Notes: a model not told the origin generated them from the sequence alone. A stretch of DNA of 32,000 nt from Raphidiopsis brookii D9 (GCA_000175855.1 ACYB01000047.1:30001-62000), one strand, 5' to 3'; positions 11,125 to 22,917 are shown, numbered from the stretch's first letter. Made by a program: numbers and translations.

Positions 11125-11351
11125 ACTTCTTTTATGGATTAATATTTTGTCGATCTTAGACATAGTGTATACTTATAGGCCACCTAATGTCAATTAAGCA
11201 GAATATACAATGCGCCCAAAGGTAATTTATCTCTCGTGAACTTTTGTTGAGCAATGTCTAGGAATTTGTTAAGCTATCTAAACTACTCTGGTTTTTTTCC
11301 CCCTGACCAGTTATTGTCCAAAATATGGGAAATCTCAAATTGAGGATATAG

Positions 11352-12833
11352 ATGACCAAAAGATTTTTTTTGACTGGTATCACATTATTATCACTGGTTT
11401 TATTGGGCTTATCCCTATTTGCTAGTTGGCAAAAACCCCAGTTTCAAAGTATTTTAGAACTATACCAAACCAATATTGTTCTGCAAGCCCAAACCTGGGA
11501 AGCATACAATAGCAACGATAACCAATTATCCGAAGTTCTGCAAGTAATAGTGGGCGATGGTGCTATACAGAGGGCAAATAAACAGTATGAAGAAACACGG
11601 AATTCCGTACAAGAAAGTATAGATAAAACAGTTCCAAATTCTATTCAGAAGACCTCAAAAACTAGACTGGAAGAATTATTTAAGTTGCGGGACGAATTAA
11701 ATCTACAACTGGGAATATTACAAGCAAAACAGAGCAATATTGAAACTGCTATCAGCACTTGGAATCAAATCCAACCTAGCGAAAGAAGAGAACTTACCAA
11801 AACCGCTCAAGTGCTTATTGGAATATGGAATACCCCTCCTAGATTACTCCCCAATGCTCAACCCCTGATCCAAAAAAATTTGACAGGTTGGTTTCGCTAT
11901 ACTGCCTTAACCCAGTTATATGAAGTTCAGCAACGTCTTGATGCTTTGACAGATCTTCAAGCTGGACAGGAAGAAGTCGCAAAGGAAGCAATATTTAAAC
12001 TAGCTATAATCACCGTGGTCCCTGGATCCATATCTTTGATTGGCATTATACTACTGGTATCCCTGATTATTCAGCGTCTCATCAAAGGTAGGGAATCAAT
12101 CTTAGCTCAAAATGCCCAAAGGGTATGGTTAACTCCCTGGAATTTGGAAATAGTCCTTCAAGTGTTTATCGTGGGATTTTTCCTCATGGGACAAGTATTT
12201 GTACCCACAATACTCCAACTATTACCTATTTCTCCCTATTCAGAAAACTTGCAAATTCAGGCTTTTTCTGTTTTGATTAGTTACATACTAGTATCCTTTG
12301 GCGCAATATTAGTTTTATATAGTTCCATTAAGCGTTATTTACCCTTACCGGAAGAGTGGTTTAAGTTCCGCTTGTTCGATAATTGGTTGTTATGGGGAAT
12401 AGGTGGGTACTGTGCAGCAGTACCCATAGTGATTATAGTATCATTGATAAATCAAATTTTGTGGAAGGGAGAAGGTGGAAGTAATCCGCTCTTACAAATG
12501 GCATTGGAAAACAGGGATGGTGTAGCTTTAGGAATATTTTTCTTCACCGCTGCGATCGCAGCACCCCTGTTTGAGGAATTTTTGTTTCGTGGGTTCTTAT
12601 TGCCATCCCTTACTCCCCATTTACCAGTTTCGTGGGCAATAGTAGTTAGTAGTTTTATATTTGCCATTGCCCACCTGAGTTTATCTGAAATGCTCCCACT
12701 GACAGTGTTGGGTATGGTTTTAGGTGTAGTTTATACCCGGTCTCGCAACCTTTTGTCTCCTATGCTTCTCCATGGATTATGGAACAGTGGTACTTTGGTC
12801 AGTTTATTCATTTTGGGTGGTAGTAATAATTAG
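11352..12833 (+). CDS. CPBP family intramembrane glutamic endopeptidase (Rce1/CAAX-like)
   Basis: 493 aa; EEFLFRGFLLPSL, FIFAIAHLSLSEMLPLTVLGMVLGVVYTRSRNLLSPMLLHGLWN; multiple TM segments. Confidence 0.87.
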   Translation: MTKRFFLTGITLLSLVLLGLSLFASWQKPQFQSILELYQTNIVLQAQTWEAYNSNDNQLSEVLQVIVGDGAIQRANKQYEETRNSVQESIDKTVPNSIQKTSKTRLEELFKLRDELNLQLGILQAKQSNIETAISTWNQIQPSERRELTKTAQVLIGIWNTPPRLLPNAQPLIQKNLTGWFRYTALTQLYEVQQRLDALTDLQAGQEEVAKEAIFKLAIITVVPGSISLIGIILLVSLIIQRLIKGRESILAQNAQRVWLTPWNLEIVLQVFIVGFFLMGQVFVPTILQLLPISPYSENLQIQAFSVLISYILVSFGAILVLYSSIKRYLPLPEEWFKFRLFDNWLLWGIGGYCAAVPIVIIVSLINQILWKGEGGSNPLLQMALENRDGVALGIFFFTAAIAAPLFEEFLFRGFLLPSLTPHLPVSWAIVVSSFIFAIAHLSLSEMLPLTVLGMVLGVVYTRSRNLLSPMLLHGLWNSGTLVSLFILGGSNN

Positions 12834-12896
12834 GGGCGCATAACAATACACGCCAACCTAGGTTCTATGAGCTTTGCTCCAAGGATTTCTATTCCG

Positions 12897-13094
12897 TTAA
12901 TAGGCTAAGGTTTCTAAAGTTTCTCTTAAATACTTTTGCACTTGCTGGTCTAATCGCAAGCCTGTTAGCTTTGACTTGCTTTCTAGTTGCCAGCGTTGAA
13001 AACCAGAGGTAGCAGAGATGGCATATTTTAGGTTTTGCCAAACTTGATCGTCATCAGCAAGATTTGGACTGTTAGGTGGCGAAATACGAATCAT
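12897..13094 (-). CDS. small conserved-looking hypothetical protein (65 aa)
   Basis: MIRISPPNSPNLADDDQVWQNLKYAISATSGFQRWQLESKSKLTGLRLDQQVQKYLRETLETLAY; isolated ORF with no stronger overlapping frame. Confidence 0.6.
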   Translation of the reverse strand: MIRISPPNSPNLADDDQVWQNLKYAISATSGFQRWQLESKSKLTGLRLDQQVQKYLRETLETLAY

Positions 13095-13321
13095 AGTTTA
13101 TCACTCTTCTCCTGAAACTTATATGTACGGTGTTTAGCTTTTTGTAGTCTACCTAGGGTGGAGTAGGATTTAACTAGTATGGGATTGCCAAAAGATAATG
13201 AGGGCAAGAATTTTATTTAATCTTTTCTCAAGATAACCTTTTCCCTCCATTAAATTCTGTGTAACGGATCACTAAAACTCAGAATATGTCGGATACTTAA
13301 CATAGGAATAATAAGCAGGTA

Positions 13322-13341
13322 AGTGCCTGGTTACAGGCACT
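13322..13341. other. hairpin just downstream of infB
   Basis: AGTGCCTG (13322-13329) GTTA CAGGCACT (13334-13341); no T-run on the minus strand, so terminator function is uncertain. Confidence 0.45.
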
Positions 13342-13354
13342 CTAACCGCAAGGC

Positions 13355-16300
13355 CTACTTAGTTAAGGTGAGGGTACGACGTTTAGTTACCATTTGATAA
13401 GCCTCGATTATATCACCTTCGATCCAATCATGAAACTTTTCAATACCAATACCACATTCGTAACCAGAGTTTACCTCTCGAACATCTTCTTTCATGCGTT
13501 TAAGAGAGTCTAGAACTCCTTCATAGATGACCTTACTATGGCGACGAATTCTTACCTTACAATTACGCAGCAGTTTTCCAGATTGAACATAACAACCAGC
13601 AACCGCACCGCGTCCCACGGGGAAAACAGCACGCACTTCCGTTTGTCCGAGGGTTTCTTCCACCAGCTCAGGTTCTAGCAGACCTTCCAGGGCTCCTTGG
13701 ATATCTTCCAATAGTTTGTAGATGATATTGTATTCTCTTACATCTACACCTGCTTCATCAGCTGCTTGTCTGGCACCACTAGCATAAGTAGTGTTAAAAC
13801 CAATAATTACCGCATTACTAGCCGCAGCTAGGTCAATATCAGTCTCTGTGATTTCCCCTGCTGTAGCCAACAACAGACGAATTTGTACTTCATTTTGAGG
13901 TATTTGCTTGAGGGAGCCAATAATCGCTTCCACAGAACCCTGAACATCCCCCTTGAGAATTAAGTTCAGTTCCTTCAACTCACCCTCTTGAGCTTGAGCA
14001 GATAAGGTTGTGAGAGTAACCCTACCTTGTAGTAATCGGGACTGACGTTGCTTGTCTGCACGTTCACCGGCGATCGCTCGTGCTTCCTTCTCATTTTCAA
14101 AGACTTCAAACTCATCTCCTGCAGCAGGAACATCGCTTAAGCCCAGGACTTCCACAGCGGAGGAGGGGGTAGCAGCATCTACTCTACGACCCCTGTCATC
14201 AACCATGGCTCGAACCTTACCGAATGCGGATCCTGCTACTAACATATCCCCCACATGGAGACTACCATTTTGAATTAATAAGGTAGCCACAGCTCCCTTA
14301 GCCTTATCCAAATGAGCTTCAATCACCGTTCCCTTAGCAGCGCGATTGGGATTAGCGGAAAGTTCAGCCACCTCTGCTACCAGTAAAACCATTTCCAGTA
14401 GGGTGTCCAAGTTTTCACCCTTAATGGCGCTAACAGGAACCATAATTGTTTCCCCACCCCAGTCTTCTGCGGTTAATCCATAATTAGTCAACTCCTGTTT
14501 AACCCTTTCTGGTTGGGCACCCTCTTTATCAATCTTATTAATTGCCACAATAATAGGTACGCCAGCTGCTTGAGCGTGACTAATAGCCTCTATAGTTTGA
14601 GGGCGCACACCATCATCAGCAGCTACCACTAAGATAGCAATATCTGTTACCCTCGCCCCCCTAGCTCGCATGGCAGTAAAAGCTTCGTGACCGGGAGTAT
14701 CCAGGAAGACAATTTGTTGAGTTTTCCCCTCATGTTCCACATCTACATGGTAAGCACCGATATGCTGAGTAATACCACCAGCTTCCCCAGCAGCCACCTT
14801 AGTTTTACGGATAGAATCCAAAAGAGTAGTTTTCCCGTGATCCACATGGCCCATAATAGTTACTACGGGAGGACGACGAATCAGATGGTCCAGATCCTCA
14901 ATGTCAATCATTTCGGTGACCTTGCGGGCCTCGGCTTCAGGTTCCGCCGTTTCCACTTCTACCTCTAGTTCTTTAGCCACCAGGGTGATAGTAGGAATAT
15001 CCAGACTTTGGGTGATGCTGACCGCCATAGCCTTCATAAACAGAATTTTGACTATTTCTGTATCAGCGACTAGCAGGGCTTCTGCTAATTCTTGTACCGT
15101 CATCGGACCTGTCACAATTAGCTTGTTAGGTCGTTCTTGAACTTCAACCTCAGGTGATTGTTGGCGACGATTTTGGTCACGCTGAACACCGGGTTTTTTA
15201 TGGCGACCTGTTGGGGGAGCAACTGCCAAAGCTGGTTGTTGTGCAGCCTTGGGTGCTTTTGGTTTAGGTGGACGAGCTATAGATAAGCTAACTTGAACAC
15301 TGGCGGGAATTTCCAATCCCTGTTCATTCAGTAGATCCTCATCCTCAAAATCATCCTCCAAAATGGGTTTAACCCGTTTACTCTTAATACCAACTTTGGA
15401 TTTTTCCTTCAGCTCATCAATTATTTCCTCTTCTTGCCACTTCTTACCAGTTTTAACACTGCGTGGCGGGATTGGACGCTTTAGATCCAGTAGTGGTTGT
15501 GCTATGACCTCTTCCACCAACAGATCCTTTTTCCCTCCTCCGACCACGGGTCTTAATGAAGTGTCGGGGACACCTGTTTCTGAAGGTTTGGTTGGTCTAG
15601 TGGGGCGTTGGATATCACCCGGAGTAGATTTAGCCCCCCGATGCTCCGATCTGATTGGGGGTGGGGTGGGGCGACCTGGTTTTTGGGGTGGCGCTTGGTC
15701 CGTAGGGGATTTACTGGGTCTGGGTTTGCCATGTTCCTCCTCCCGACGCTGTTGACGCTCCCGTTTGAGGATGGGTTTTTCTGCTGTGGATGGGGGTTGT
15801 TCGGTGTCCGAAGTTTTTTCCCCTGCTGGTCTGGATGGGGGAATGACCAATTGGGTTTTTTGTGGTTTTTCCGGTCTAGGTTTGGGCGCAGGCGGTTTTT
15901 CCCCCTTAATTTTTCTGGCGCCGGAGTATTGGGCTTATGATCTGTGTCTACCACCGATTTATGTGGGTTCTCAGATTGATTCTTGGGTATGGGTCGAGTT
16001 GGTGCCGTCGGTTTCATGAGTGAGGCTGATGTAGCAAAAGTTCGTGGTTGTGATGGAAGTGTGACCGATGGGTCGGTCATATTGGCATCTTCAATGCCAT
16101 TGACACTGTCAGATGAAGCAAACTGTCCATTGGTAGCAACTGATGCCTCTAGGGCATTTGAGGTAGTGTTTTTGAATATTTTGGGTTTACGAATCTCCAA
16201 AATTTGTTGTTGACGAGGTGCAGCAGATCGGTTTCGGAAGCCAGGTTTCTGGGAATTTGGTTTATGGTTATTTATACCTAATTCTTTTTTTTGCGTCATT

Positions 16301-16476
16301 CTCGCTGCTGTCAGCTTTTGTGACACTTCGCGAATTTGTGTTGCTTCTGTTTCAGAAATTGTGCTGCTGTGGCTTTTGACCGCGATGTTGAGCTGGTCGC
16401 AAATTGCTAAGAGCTCCTTGTTATCCAAATTCAATTCCTTTGATAATTCGTAGATTCTAACTTTGCCGTTGTTCAT
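13355..16476 (-). CDS. infB: translation initiation factor IF-2, split into two ORFs (15553..16476 and 13355..15850) by an apparent 1-nt deletion near 15910-15914
   Basis: N-terminal [44 protein letters not shown]; C-terminal ORF with [71 protein letters not shown]-type domain IV sequence. Confidence 0.93.
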
Positions 16477-16619
16477 CCACTCTTTCCCCTTTAATTTACA
16501 GTTTTAACGGACGGTTGCCTGGTTTTCGACATCTCCATCCTTTGATCACTGTTTTTTAGGTTGCCCTTGGTGATGTTGTCGGTACCTCCAAATAGTTAGG
16601 AAAGAGAGATGTTCCGGGT

Positions 16620-16880
16620 TCATACTGACATCCCCACCAGTAATGATGGTTGAGCCGAACTGCCCTTTGACGCTACCAGGTTGCCATGGTTTAGGTTTTG
16701 GTTTTGCTGATTCTGAGTTTTCCACAACAAAGTCGAGTAAAACTTATTAAGGTTTTCCGGGCGTTTAGGCTTCGCGGAGTCCCCACTTACCATATCGAAT
16801 GTTCCATATAATTCTAGCAACTGAATGCTATCCTTTTTGGGGATAACATCTGTGGGTAGCTGGAAGATAACTAACACCAA
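16620..16880 (-). other. hypothetical 86-aa ORF between ylxR and infB, doubtful
   Basis: ORF track only; low-complexity N/Q-rich sequence, no recognisable family. Confidence 0.25.
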
Positions 16881-16901
16881 GATTTTCCCTTTGTTTTTTG
16901 G

Positions 16902-17171
16902 TCAACCCTGGTTGTGGTTATTTTCCTGACCGAGTCTTTGCCACAATGTTTCATAGACTGTTTCTGGAACCGTTCCCTTTAAGGAGCGTACTAGCTTATT
17001 TTTTTTCTGTGCCTTATGCAAGCATTCAGCTTGCGGACAAATATAAGCAGAACGCCCCATGCCCTGATCCAATTCTACCTTGCCAGATGGAAACAGACGA
17101 ATAATCCTCCAAAACTCTGTCTTTCTTCCTACCCGACGACAGCTAATGCACCGCCGATAGTTTGGTTTCAT
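16902..17171 (-). CDS. ylxR: YlxR family RNA-binding protein
   Basis: NYRRCISCRRVGRKTEFWRIIRLFPSGKVELDQGMGRSAYICPQAECLHKAQKKNKLVRSL; position between nusA and infB. Confidence 0.9.
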   Translation of the reverse strand: MKPNYRRCISCRRVGRKTEFWRIIRLFPSGKVELDQGMGRSAYICPQAECLHKAQKKNKLVRSLKGTVPETVYETLWQRLGQENNHNQG

Positions 17172-17183
17172 TTGCTATGTCCT

Positions 17184-18458
17184 TTAATTTTCTTCCTCCA
17201 TTGAGTTAAAGTCATCTTCCCCTTCGTCTGGATCACGCTCATATTCTTCCTCTATAACTTCAAATTGATTACTCTCCTCCTGATAGTTGGCTCTGACTGC
17301 TGCGAATTTGGCATCCTCCGCTCCATAATCATATTTGGCCTGGTCTTTAATATCTATTTTCCACCCGGTTAACCGTGCAGCTAATCTCACGTTTTGACCT
17401 TCTTTGCCAATGGCTAAACTCAGCTGATCTTCAGCTACTAAAACGTGGGTCTGGCGACTTTCAGGATCCATTAAGCGTACCTCATCTACCCTGGCAGGAC
17501 TCAACGCGTTAGCAATATAGGTGGCTGGATCCGGGGACCAGCGAATTACATCTATTTTTTCACCGCGCAATTCGTTAACTACTACTTGAATTCTTGATCC
17601 CCTAGCTCCAATGCAGGCCCCTACCGGATCCACATCCCGATCTAAAGTATCTACTGCTATTTTAGTCCTCGGACCAACATAACGGGAAGGAGGATTAGCC
17701 TCCCGAGCTACTGCTACTATTCGCACTACCTCATCCTCTATTTCTGGCACCTCGTTGGCGAATAAGTAAACTACTAATCCTGCATCCGCACGAGATACTA
17801 GTAATTGTGGCCCTCTTTGTTGTCCCTGAGAAACTTTTTTTAAGTATACTTTGAATGTTGCATTAGATCTATAAGTGTCATTTGGCAATTGTTCCCTTTT
17901 TGGTAGCTCTGCCTCCACTTCTGGCTGCCCAAAACTACTACTAACTGCTAATATTACAGACTGTCTTTCAAACCTTAAAACTCTTGCTTGTAAAACCGTA
18001 CCTTCTAAGTCTTGAAATTCTTCCTGCACCATTTGACGCTGCTGATCCCGCAGCTTTTGCGCTAAAACTTGTTTGGTTTGCATAGCTGCCATGCGTCCAA
18101 ACTCCCCTTGATCCGGTGTAACATCTAAGACTACTGAATCCCCAGATTGGGCTTCAGGCGCTACCTGTTGTACTTCATCTAGGGAAATTTGATGATCAGA
18201 ATTAGTAACTTCTTCTACTATTATTTTGGTAGAAAGAACTCGAAATCCCTCCCCGTCAATATCTAGTTCTACCTCGAAGTTATCAAAATAATTTTCGTCA
18301 AATTGTCTGCGCTCTAAATTCTGGGCGCGGCGGTAGCGTTCATAACCTTTAAGTAGTGCCTCTCTAATGGATGATTGTACTGCTAAACGGGGTAAATTTC
18401 GCTCTAGGCTAATTTTTTCAATTAAATCTTTTAATCCGGGTAAAGTAACCATTGACAT
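17184..18458 (-). CDS. nusA: transcription termination/antitermination factor NusA
   Basis: 424 aa; S1 and KH regions: REANPPSRYVGPRTKIAVDTLDRDVDPVGACIGARGSRIQVVVNELRGEKIDVIRWS, EDQLSLAIGKEGQNVRLAARLTGWKIDI. Confidence 0.96.
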   Translation of the reverse strand: MSMVTLPGLKDLIEKISLERNLPRLAVQSSIREALLKGYERYRRAQNLERRQFDENYFDNFEVELDIDGEGFRVLSTKIIVEEVTNSDHQISLDEVQQVAPEAQSGDSVVLDVTPDQGEFGRMAAMQTKQVLAQKLRDQQRQMVQEEFQDLEGTVLQARVLRFERQSVILAVSSSFGQPEVEAELPKREQLPNDTYRSNATFKVYLKKVSQGQQRGPQLLVSRADAGLVVYLFANEVPEIEDEVVRIVAVAREANPPSRYVGPRTKIAVDTLDRDVDPVGACIGARGSRIQVVVNELRGEKIDVIRWSPDPATYIANALSPARVDEVRLMDPESRQTHVLVAEDQLSLAIGKEGQNVRLAARLTGWKIDIKDQAKYDYGAEDAKFAAVRANYQEESNQFEVIEEEYERDPDEGEDDFNSMEEEN

Positions 18459-18680
18459 AAGCAGTCTCCTTAATCCTTAGTTTTTATCCGTGCAACTGCT
18501 GCAATTTTGCACTGTTTATGTTGCCAATTTTTAGGTGAGGAATTTTTGGGAAAATCATTGACCAATTTTATAGCTTTGGCGAGAACACTTAAAACAGCGT
18601 TATGGCGTGACTGCTGGATAGATGTTCTAGATTGCTATATCTCCATATTTTCTCAATCACATAAAAAAATCTCAATTTCA

Positions 18681-19142
18681 TTAGGGGTGATCATCTAATT
18701 GCACCTTGGTAACCAGGGATCTGAGAATTCCTACTACACGACCCTTTTGGTTTAAGTAAATTTTTGTTTCATCTCGACGAATCAACTGACCTTTCCATTC
18801 TTTTTCTCCATCATCGGGATCGCAGGTAGATACAACTACAGGAAATCCTTTAAAAGAAATAAATTCCCTGTCGGTTTCCAATTGCCGCGAAATCCCTGGA
18901 CTAGATACTTCTAAAACATAAGTGTCTGGAATAATCCCGGCTGCGTCTAGGTAACTTTCTAAAGCACGGCTCATCTTTTCACAATCGTTTAGACTAGTAT
19001 CTTGTTGAGGATTGCGAATATCTACACGCAAAATGGGAGGACACTGGTTCGTATGAAAAACCATGCCAACAACCTCCAGTCCTAGTTCTGCTGCTAGTGG
19101 AGTCGCTAAGTCAATAATTTGTGGAACTAAGGGATGAGTCAT
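18681..19142 (-). CDS. rimP: ribosome maturation factor RimP (track ORF extends to 19172; likely start ATG 19142)
   Basis: [73 protein letters not shown]. Confidence 0.93.
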   Translation of the reverse strand: MTHPLVPQIIDLATPLAAELGLEVVGMVFHTNQCPPILRVDIRNPQQDTSLNDCEKMSRALESYLDAAGIIPDTYVLEVSSPGISRQLETDREFISFKGFPVVVSTCDPDDGEKEWKGQLIRRDETKIYLNQKGRVVGILRSLVTKVQLDDHP

Positions 19143-19155
19143 GCGATAATTCAAT

Positions 19156-19182
19156 AAAAAAAAAGTGGGCACCCACCCACTT
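19156..19182 (-). terminator. intrinsic terminator-like hairpin immediately upstream of rimP
   Basis: Minus strand: AAGTGGG TGGGTG CCCACTT followed directly by a T-tract (plus-strand 9-A run 19156-19164; stem arms 63-69/76-82 of the 19100 block). Confidence 0.75.
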
Positions 19183-19324
19183 CCGGCGATAGGGATATCT
19201 TCCCAGAAGTCTGAGTCGAACTTTTTCAGATTCGTCTCTCCTGCTAGTGTAATCTATTTTTTTGCTGTTGACACTCCGCTACCAATTAACTGGCAAGAAA
19301 AACTCTCCGATCGCCTGATTGGGA

Positions 19325-20719
19325 TCACAATGCTCTAGATCTCATTTCTCTCGTCTGCTCTATAATTTGCTCTATGTCTTCTTGAGACAGTCGCTGCACG
19401 TAGTTAATTTTTACCTCTTCTAAAAGGTCATTTAGCAAACTTTGGAGTTCTACTAGTATATGTTTTGTCTGTATTTCTCCTGATAGTGTAGTTGTAAACT
19501 TAGCGATTAAATCCTTAGAAAGCTGGGCAGTTAGGGGATCTTTACTGACTTTAGTCATTATTGAATAAAGGTTTTTGCTAATTTGATCAGCTATCTCTCC
19601 ACTGAGTTTATTTTGTACCTGGCTTAATCCTGGCAGCTGTAACAGGTTACCATAAATTGGCACTTGTGTTAAAGCTCCTCCTATACTACGACTCAAAATG
19701 GCATTGATTTCTGGTTGAACTTTAGGCATAACACTATCAATTAAAATACGTATTAATATTCCTGATATTGCCTCCAGTTCATTAATATTATTAATGTCTA
19801 TATATTCACGTTTATTTTGGTTAGGGGTAACCCAACGAGTAATATCACTATGTTTAATCGATAACTGAATTTGATTAATTACCCGCACCACAACAATTTC
19901 CGTGATTTCCTCGGCAAAGTTAGCGACTATACCTTGATGAATTTGTTTTCTTACCAAATATAAATTTACAAGATTTGATTGGTCTAGACGTATAACTACT
20001 GGTACAATACGTAGCCAGCGCCAAAGGGGAAATAACAGAAATAGATCATACCAACGCCATAAAATTGCCTCTAACCAACTAAGATGGGAGTTTTGACGCT
20101 TAATATAAAAAGCCCGCCATAACAGTTCCAACCCAAATACAGCTACAAATGGTAAATCAATTAACCAAAAATTATTGATTAACTCCCCATTTTCCCCAAT
20201 TCTCCGGTAGTAATTACTAGCAATACTAGGGAGAATTTGCCGATTAAAAAAGTCAATTTCTTCTACCCATCGTCCCTGGGATAAATATTCCGGACTCCAG
20301 AAAATTGTAAAAGCGCCCTTGGATGACTCCTGACCTACTCTTTCCCGCATGCGGTTTTTAATTTTTTCTAGGGTTCCACTTTTCCCAGCTCCCGCAAAGG
20401 GGTTACTATCAATCATATCCATGCTCAGACGGCGAATTTCTGCTAGTTTAGTTTTTACAGCAGGGGAACCTAAACCACTTTCACTCACCTGGACTTGTAA
20501 ACTGGCTATATTATTTAAATAGTTCACCGTATCTCGATGAGGTTCAATACCTTTAATCGGATCATAGATGCGACTAAGTTGAGGTAAATTGCGAAAGTAA
20601 AAATCTCGCCAGGGTACGTAACTCCAGTCAAACATCACCAGACCCAAATTAAGGGTAGCAGTGATTGCCATCAACCTTTCTAACCATAGATGTTGTTTGG
20701 AAATTCTCAACTTACTCAT
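19325..20719 (-). CDS. conserved cyanobacterial-type membrane protein of unknown function
   Basis: 464 aa; hydrophobic segments plus long predicted helical C-terminal region; long intact ORF. Confidence 0.75.
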   Translation of the reverse strand: MSKLRISKQHLWLERLMAITATLNLGLVMFDWSYVPWRDFYFRNLPQLSRIYDPIKGIEPHRDTVNYLNNIASLQVQVSESGLGSPAVKTKLAEIRRLSMDMIDSNPFAGAGKSGTLEKIKNRMRERVGQESSKGAFTIFWSPEYLSQGRWVEEIDFFNRQILPSIASNYYRRIGENGELINNFWLIDLPFVAVFGLELLWRAFYIKRQNSHLSWLEAILWRWYDLFLLFPLWRWLRIVPVVIRLDQSNLVNLYLVRKQIHQGIVANFAEEITEIVVVRVINQIQLSIKHSDITRWVTPNQNKREYIDINNINELEAISGILIRILIDSVMPKVQPEINAILSRSIGGALTQVPIYGNLLQLPGLSQVQNKLSGEIADQISKNLYSIMTKVSKDPLTAQLSKDLIAKFTTTLSGEIQTKHILVELQSLLNDLLEEVKINYVQRLSQEDIEQIIEQTREMRSRAL

Positions 20720-20853
20720 ATATAATTGGGTTGCTCACTAGAAACTAGATGGTAATCTTACATGTAGTTAAATACACAAGAATGTTATAAATCTTAAAGG
20801 TTTCTCACCTCAAGTTATCTATAGAAATTCAACCAGTCCTAATTGCATTTAAT

Positions 20854-21975
20854 ATGTCAAACTACCAGAAAAATGATCTACCAAATTTACTAGTTACCGG
20901 TGGTGCGGGATTTATCGGGTCTAATTTTGTCCTTCACGCTAGAAAATTAGGGTATGGTAACGTAATTAATCTAGATAAGTTAACTTATGCCAGTAACCTA
21001 CAAAACCTAGTTGAGATAGAACGGAATGAAAAATATCAAGACGGTTATAGATTCATCCAAGGAGATATTGGTAACTATGAACTAGTTAGTTACCTATTAG
21101 AAGAATATGAAGTAGATGCAGTCATAAATTTTGCAGCAGAAACACATGTTGATCGTTCTATTTTAAGTCCTGGGAATTTTATTGAAACTAATGTGGTTGG
21201 CACTTTTAAGCTTCTGGAAGCCATTAAAACCTACTGGCAAAAACTGTCATCTAAAAAACAGGAATCCTTCCGATTTTTACATATATCTACAGATGAAGTG
21301 TATGGTTCTTTAAATACTGAAGATCCAGCTTTTCGAGAAGATAGCCAATATGCGCCCAACAGTCCTTATGCAGCATCTAAAGCATCCGCAGATCATCTTG
21401 TTCGTTCTTACCATCATACTTATGGACTACCAACCTTAACCACCAATTGTTCTAATAATTATGGACCATTACAATTTCCTGAAAAACTGATTCCCTTGAT
21501 GATTATCAACGCTATAAATGGTAAGTCCCTACCCATATATGGTGATGGTCAAAACATCCGGGATTGGTTATATGTCACGGATCACTGTGATGCCATTTAT
21601 CTAGTTCTGCAGGAGGGTAGAATTGGTGAAAATTATAATATTGGGGGAATGAATGAAAAAACGAACTTAGCAGTTGTGAATAAGATTTGTGAGATATTAG
21701 AAAGACTAGCGCCCAAACCCAACTATGAATACTCATCCCTAATTACCTTTATTAAAGACCGTCCTGGCCATGACCGTAGGTATGCCATTGATTGTAGTAA
21801 AATCTCCAAAGAATTAGGTTGGCAACCCAAGGAGAACTTTGAGAGTGGATTAATCAAAACAGTGCGGTGGTATTTAGATAATGCAGCTTGGGTAGAATCC
21901 ATTCTTACTGGAGTATACCAAAACTGGATAAAACAGAACTATGAATCTCGTGAAACATCACAGTTAAAGGGGTAA
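20854..21975 (+). CDS. rfbB: dTDP-glucose 4,6-dehydratase
   Basis: [63 protein letters not shown]. Confidence 0.94.
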   Translation: MSNYQKNDLPNLLVTGGAGFIGSNFVLHARKLGYGNVINLDKLTYASNLQNLVEIERNEKYQDGYRFIQGDIGNYELVSYLLEEYEVDAVINFAAETHVDRSILSPGNFIETNVVGTFKLLEAIKTYWQKLSSKKQESFRFLHISTDEVYGSLNTEDPAFREDSQYAPNSPYAASKASADHLVRSYHHTYGLPTLTTNCSNNYGPLQFPEKLIPLMIINAINGKSLPIYGDGQNIRDWLYVTDHCDAIYLVLQEGRIGENYNIGGMNEKTNLAVVNKICEILERLAPKPNYEYSSLITFIKDRPGHDRRYAIDCSKISKELGWQPKENFESGLIKTVRWYLDNAAWVESILTGVYQNWIKQNYESRETSQLKG

Positions 21976-21977
21976 GA

Positions 21978-22859
21978 ATGAAAGGAATTATTCTAGCAGG
22001 TGGTTCAGGGACAAGACTTTATCCCCTGACTCAGGTAGTTAGTAAACAGCTGATGTCTATTTATGACAAGCCGATGATTTACTATCCTTTATCCGTATTA
22101 ATGTTAGCGGGAATTAAAGAAATTTTGATTATTTCCACTCCCACAGATTTGCCACTATTTGAAAAACTGTTGAAGGATGGTAGTCAATGGGGATTGAAGT
22201 TTAGTTATGTGGAACAGCCAAAACCAGAAGGATTGGCCCAGGCTTTTATTTTGGGTAAGGACTTCATCAAAAACCAGCCTGTTTGTTTAATTTTAGGAGA
22301 TAATATATTTTATGGTCATGGGTTAACAGAAATTTTAACTCGTGCTGTGCAACTAGAGCATGGAGGGTTAGTATTTGGTTATAAAGTCACCCAACCAGAA
22401 AACTATGGTGTGATTGAATTTAACCATTTAGGAAAGGCAATTAGTATTGAAGAAAAACCAAAAGTTCCCAAATCAAAATATGCTGTTCCTGGCATTTATT
22501 TCTACGATAGTCGGGTAGTAGAAATCGCTGGTAGTTTAAAACCTTCTGCGCGGGGTGAATTAGAAATTACAGATATCAATTTGACCTATCTCCGACAAGA
22601 GCAATTAAGGGTAGAAATTTTGGGACGTGGATATGCTTGGTTAGATACGGGTACCCATGAGTCCCTACATCAAGCTAGCAATTTCATTTATACTTTAGAA
22701 GAAAGACAAGGGGTAAAAATTGCCTGCATTGAAGAAATTGCCTACAATCAGGGATATATTGATCGTCCCCAACTCCAGTTTTTAGTAGATTCTATGGGTA
22801 AAAGTAGTTATGGGACGTATTTGCGACGAATTTTACAAGATGAAATTAGTTTTAAATAG
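21978..22859 (+). CDS. rfbA: glucose-1-phosphate thymidylyltransferase
   Basis: [46 protein letters not shown]; GDNIFYGHG; ending YLRRILQDE. Confidence 0.95.
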   Translation: MKGIILAGGSGTRLYPLTQVVSKQLMSIYDKPMIYYPLSVLMLAGIKEILIISTPTDLPLFEKLLKDGSQWGLKFSYVEQPKPEGLAQAFILGKDFIKNQPVCLILGDNIFYGHGLTEILTRAVQLEHGGLVFGYKVTQPENYGVIEFNHLGKAISIEEKPKVPKSKYAVPGIYFYDSRVVEIAGSLKPSARGELEITDINLTYLRQEQLRVEILGRGYAWLDTGTHESLHQASNFIYTLEERQGVKIACIEEIAYNQGYIDRPQLQFLVDSMGKSSYGTYLRRILQDEISFK

Positions 22860-22917
22860 TGTTTATTAAATATTTTTGAGTAATTTTTAAATAATCAAAT
22901 AAAGCCAGGAGAGTTTT

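Noticed and set aside
14052-15940. Several plus-strand ORFs (73-130 aa) antisense to infB
   Set aside because: Low-complexity antisense shadows of the Pro/Lys-rich IF-2 coding strand; no recognisable motifs.
15850-15950. Programmed ribosomal frameshifting in infB
   Set aside because: No convincing slippery heptamer plus pseudoknot could be shown by eye, and three other single-nt homopolymer breaks in the same window make sequence error the simpler explanation.
19185-19250. Possible tRNA (GTTCGAC near a 5-bp stem)
   Set aside because: No cloverleaf, acceptor stem or T-loop consensus could be built; treated as an unassigned leader/short RNA.
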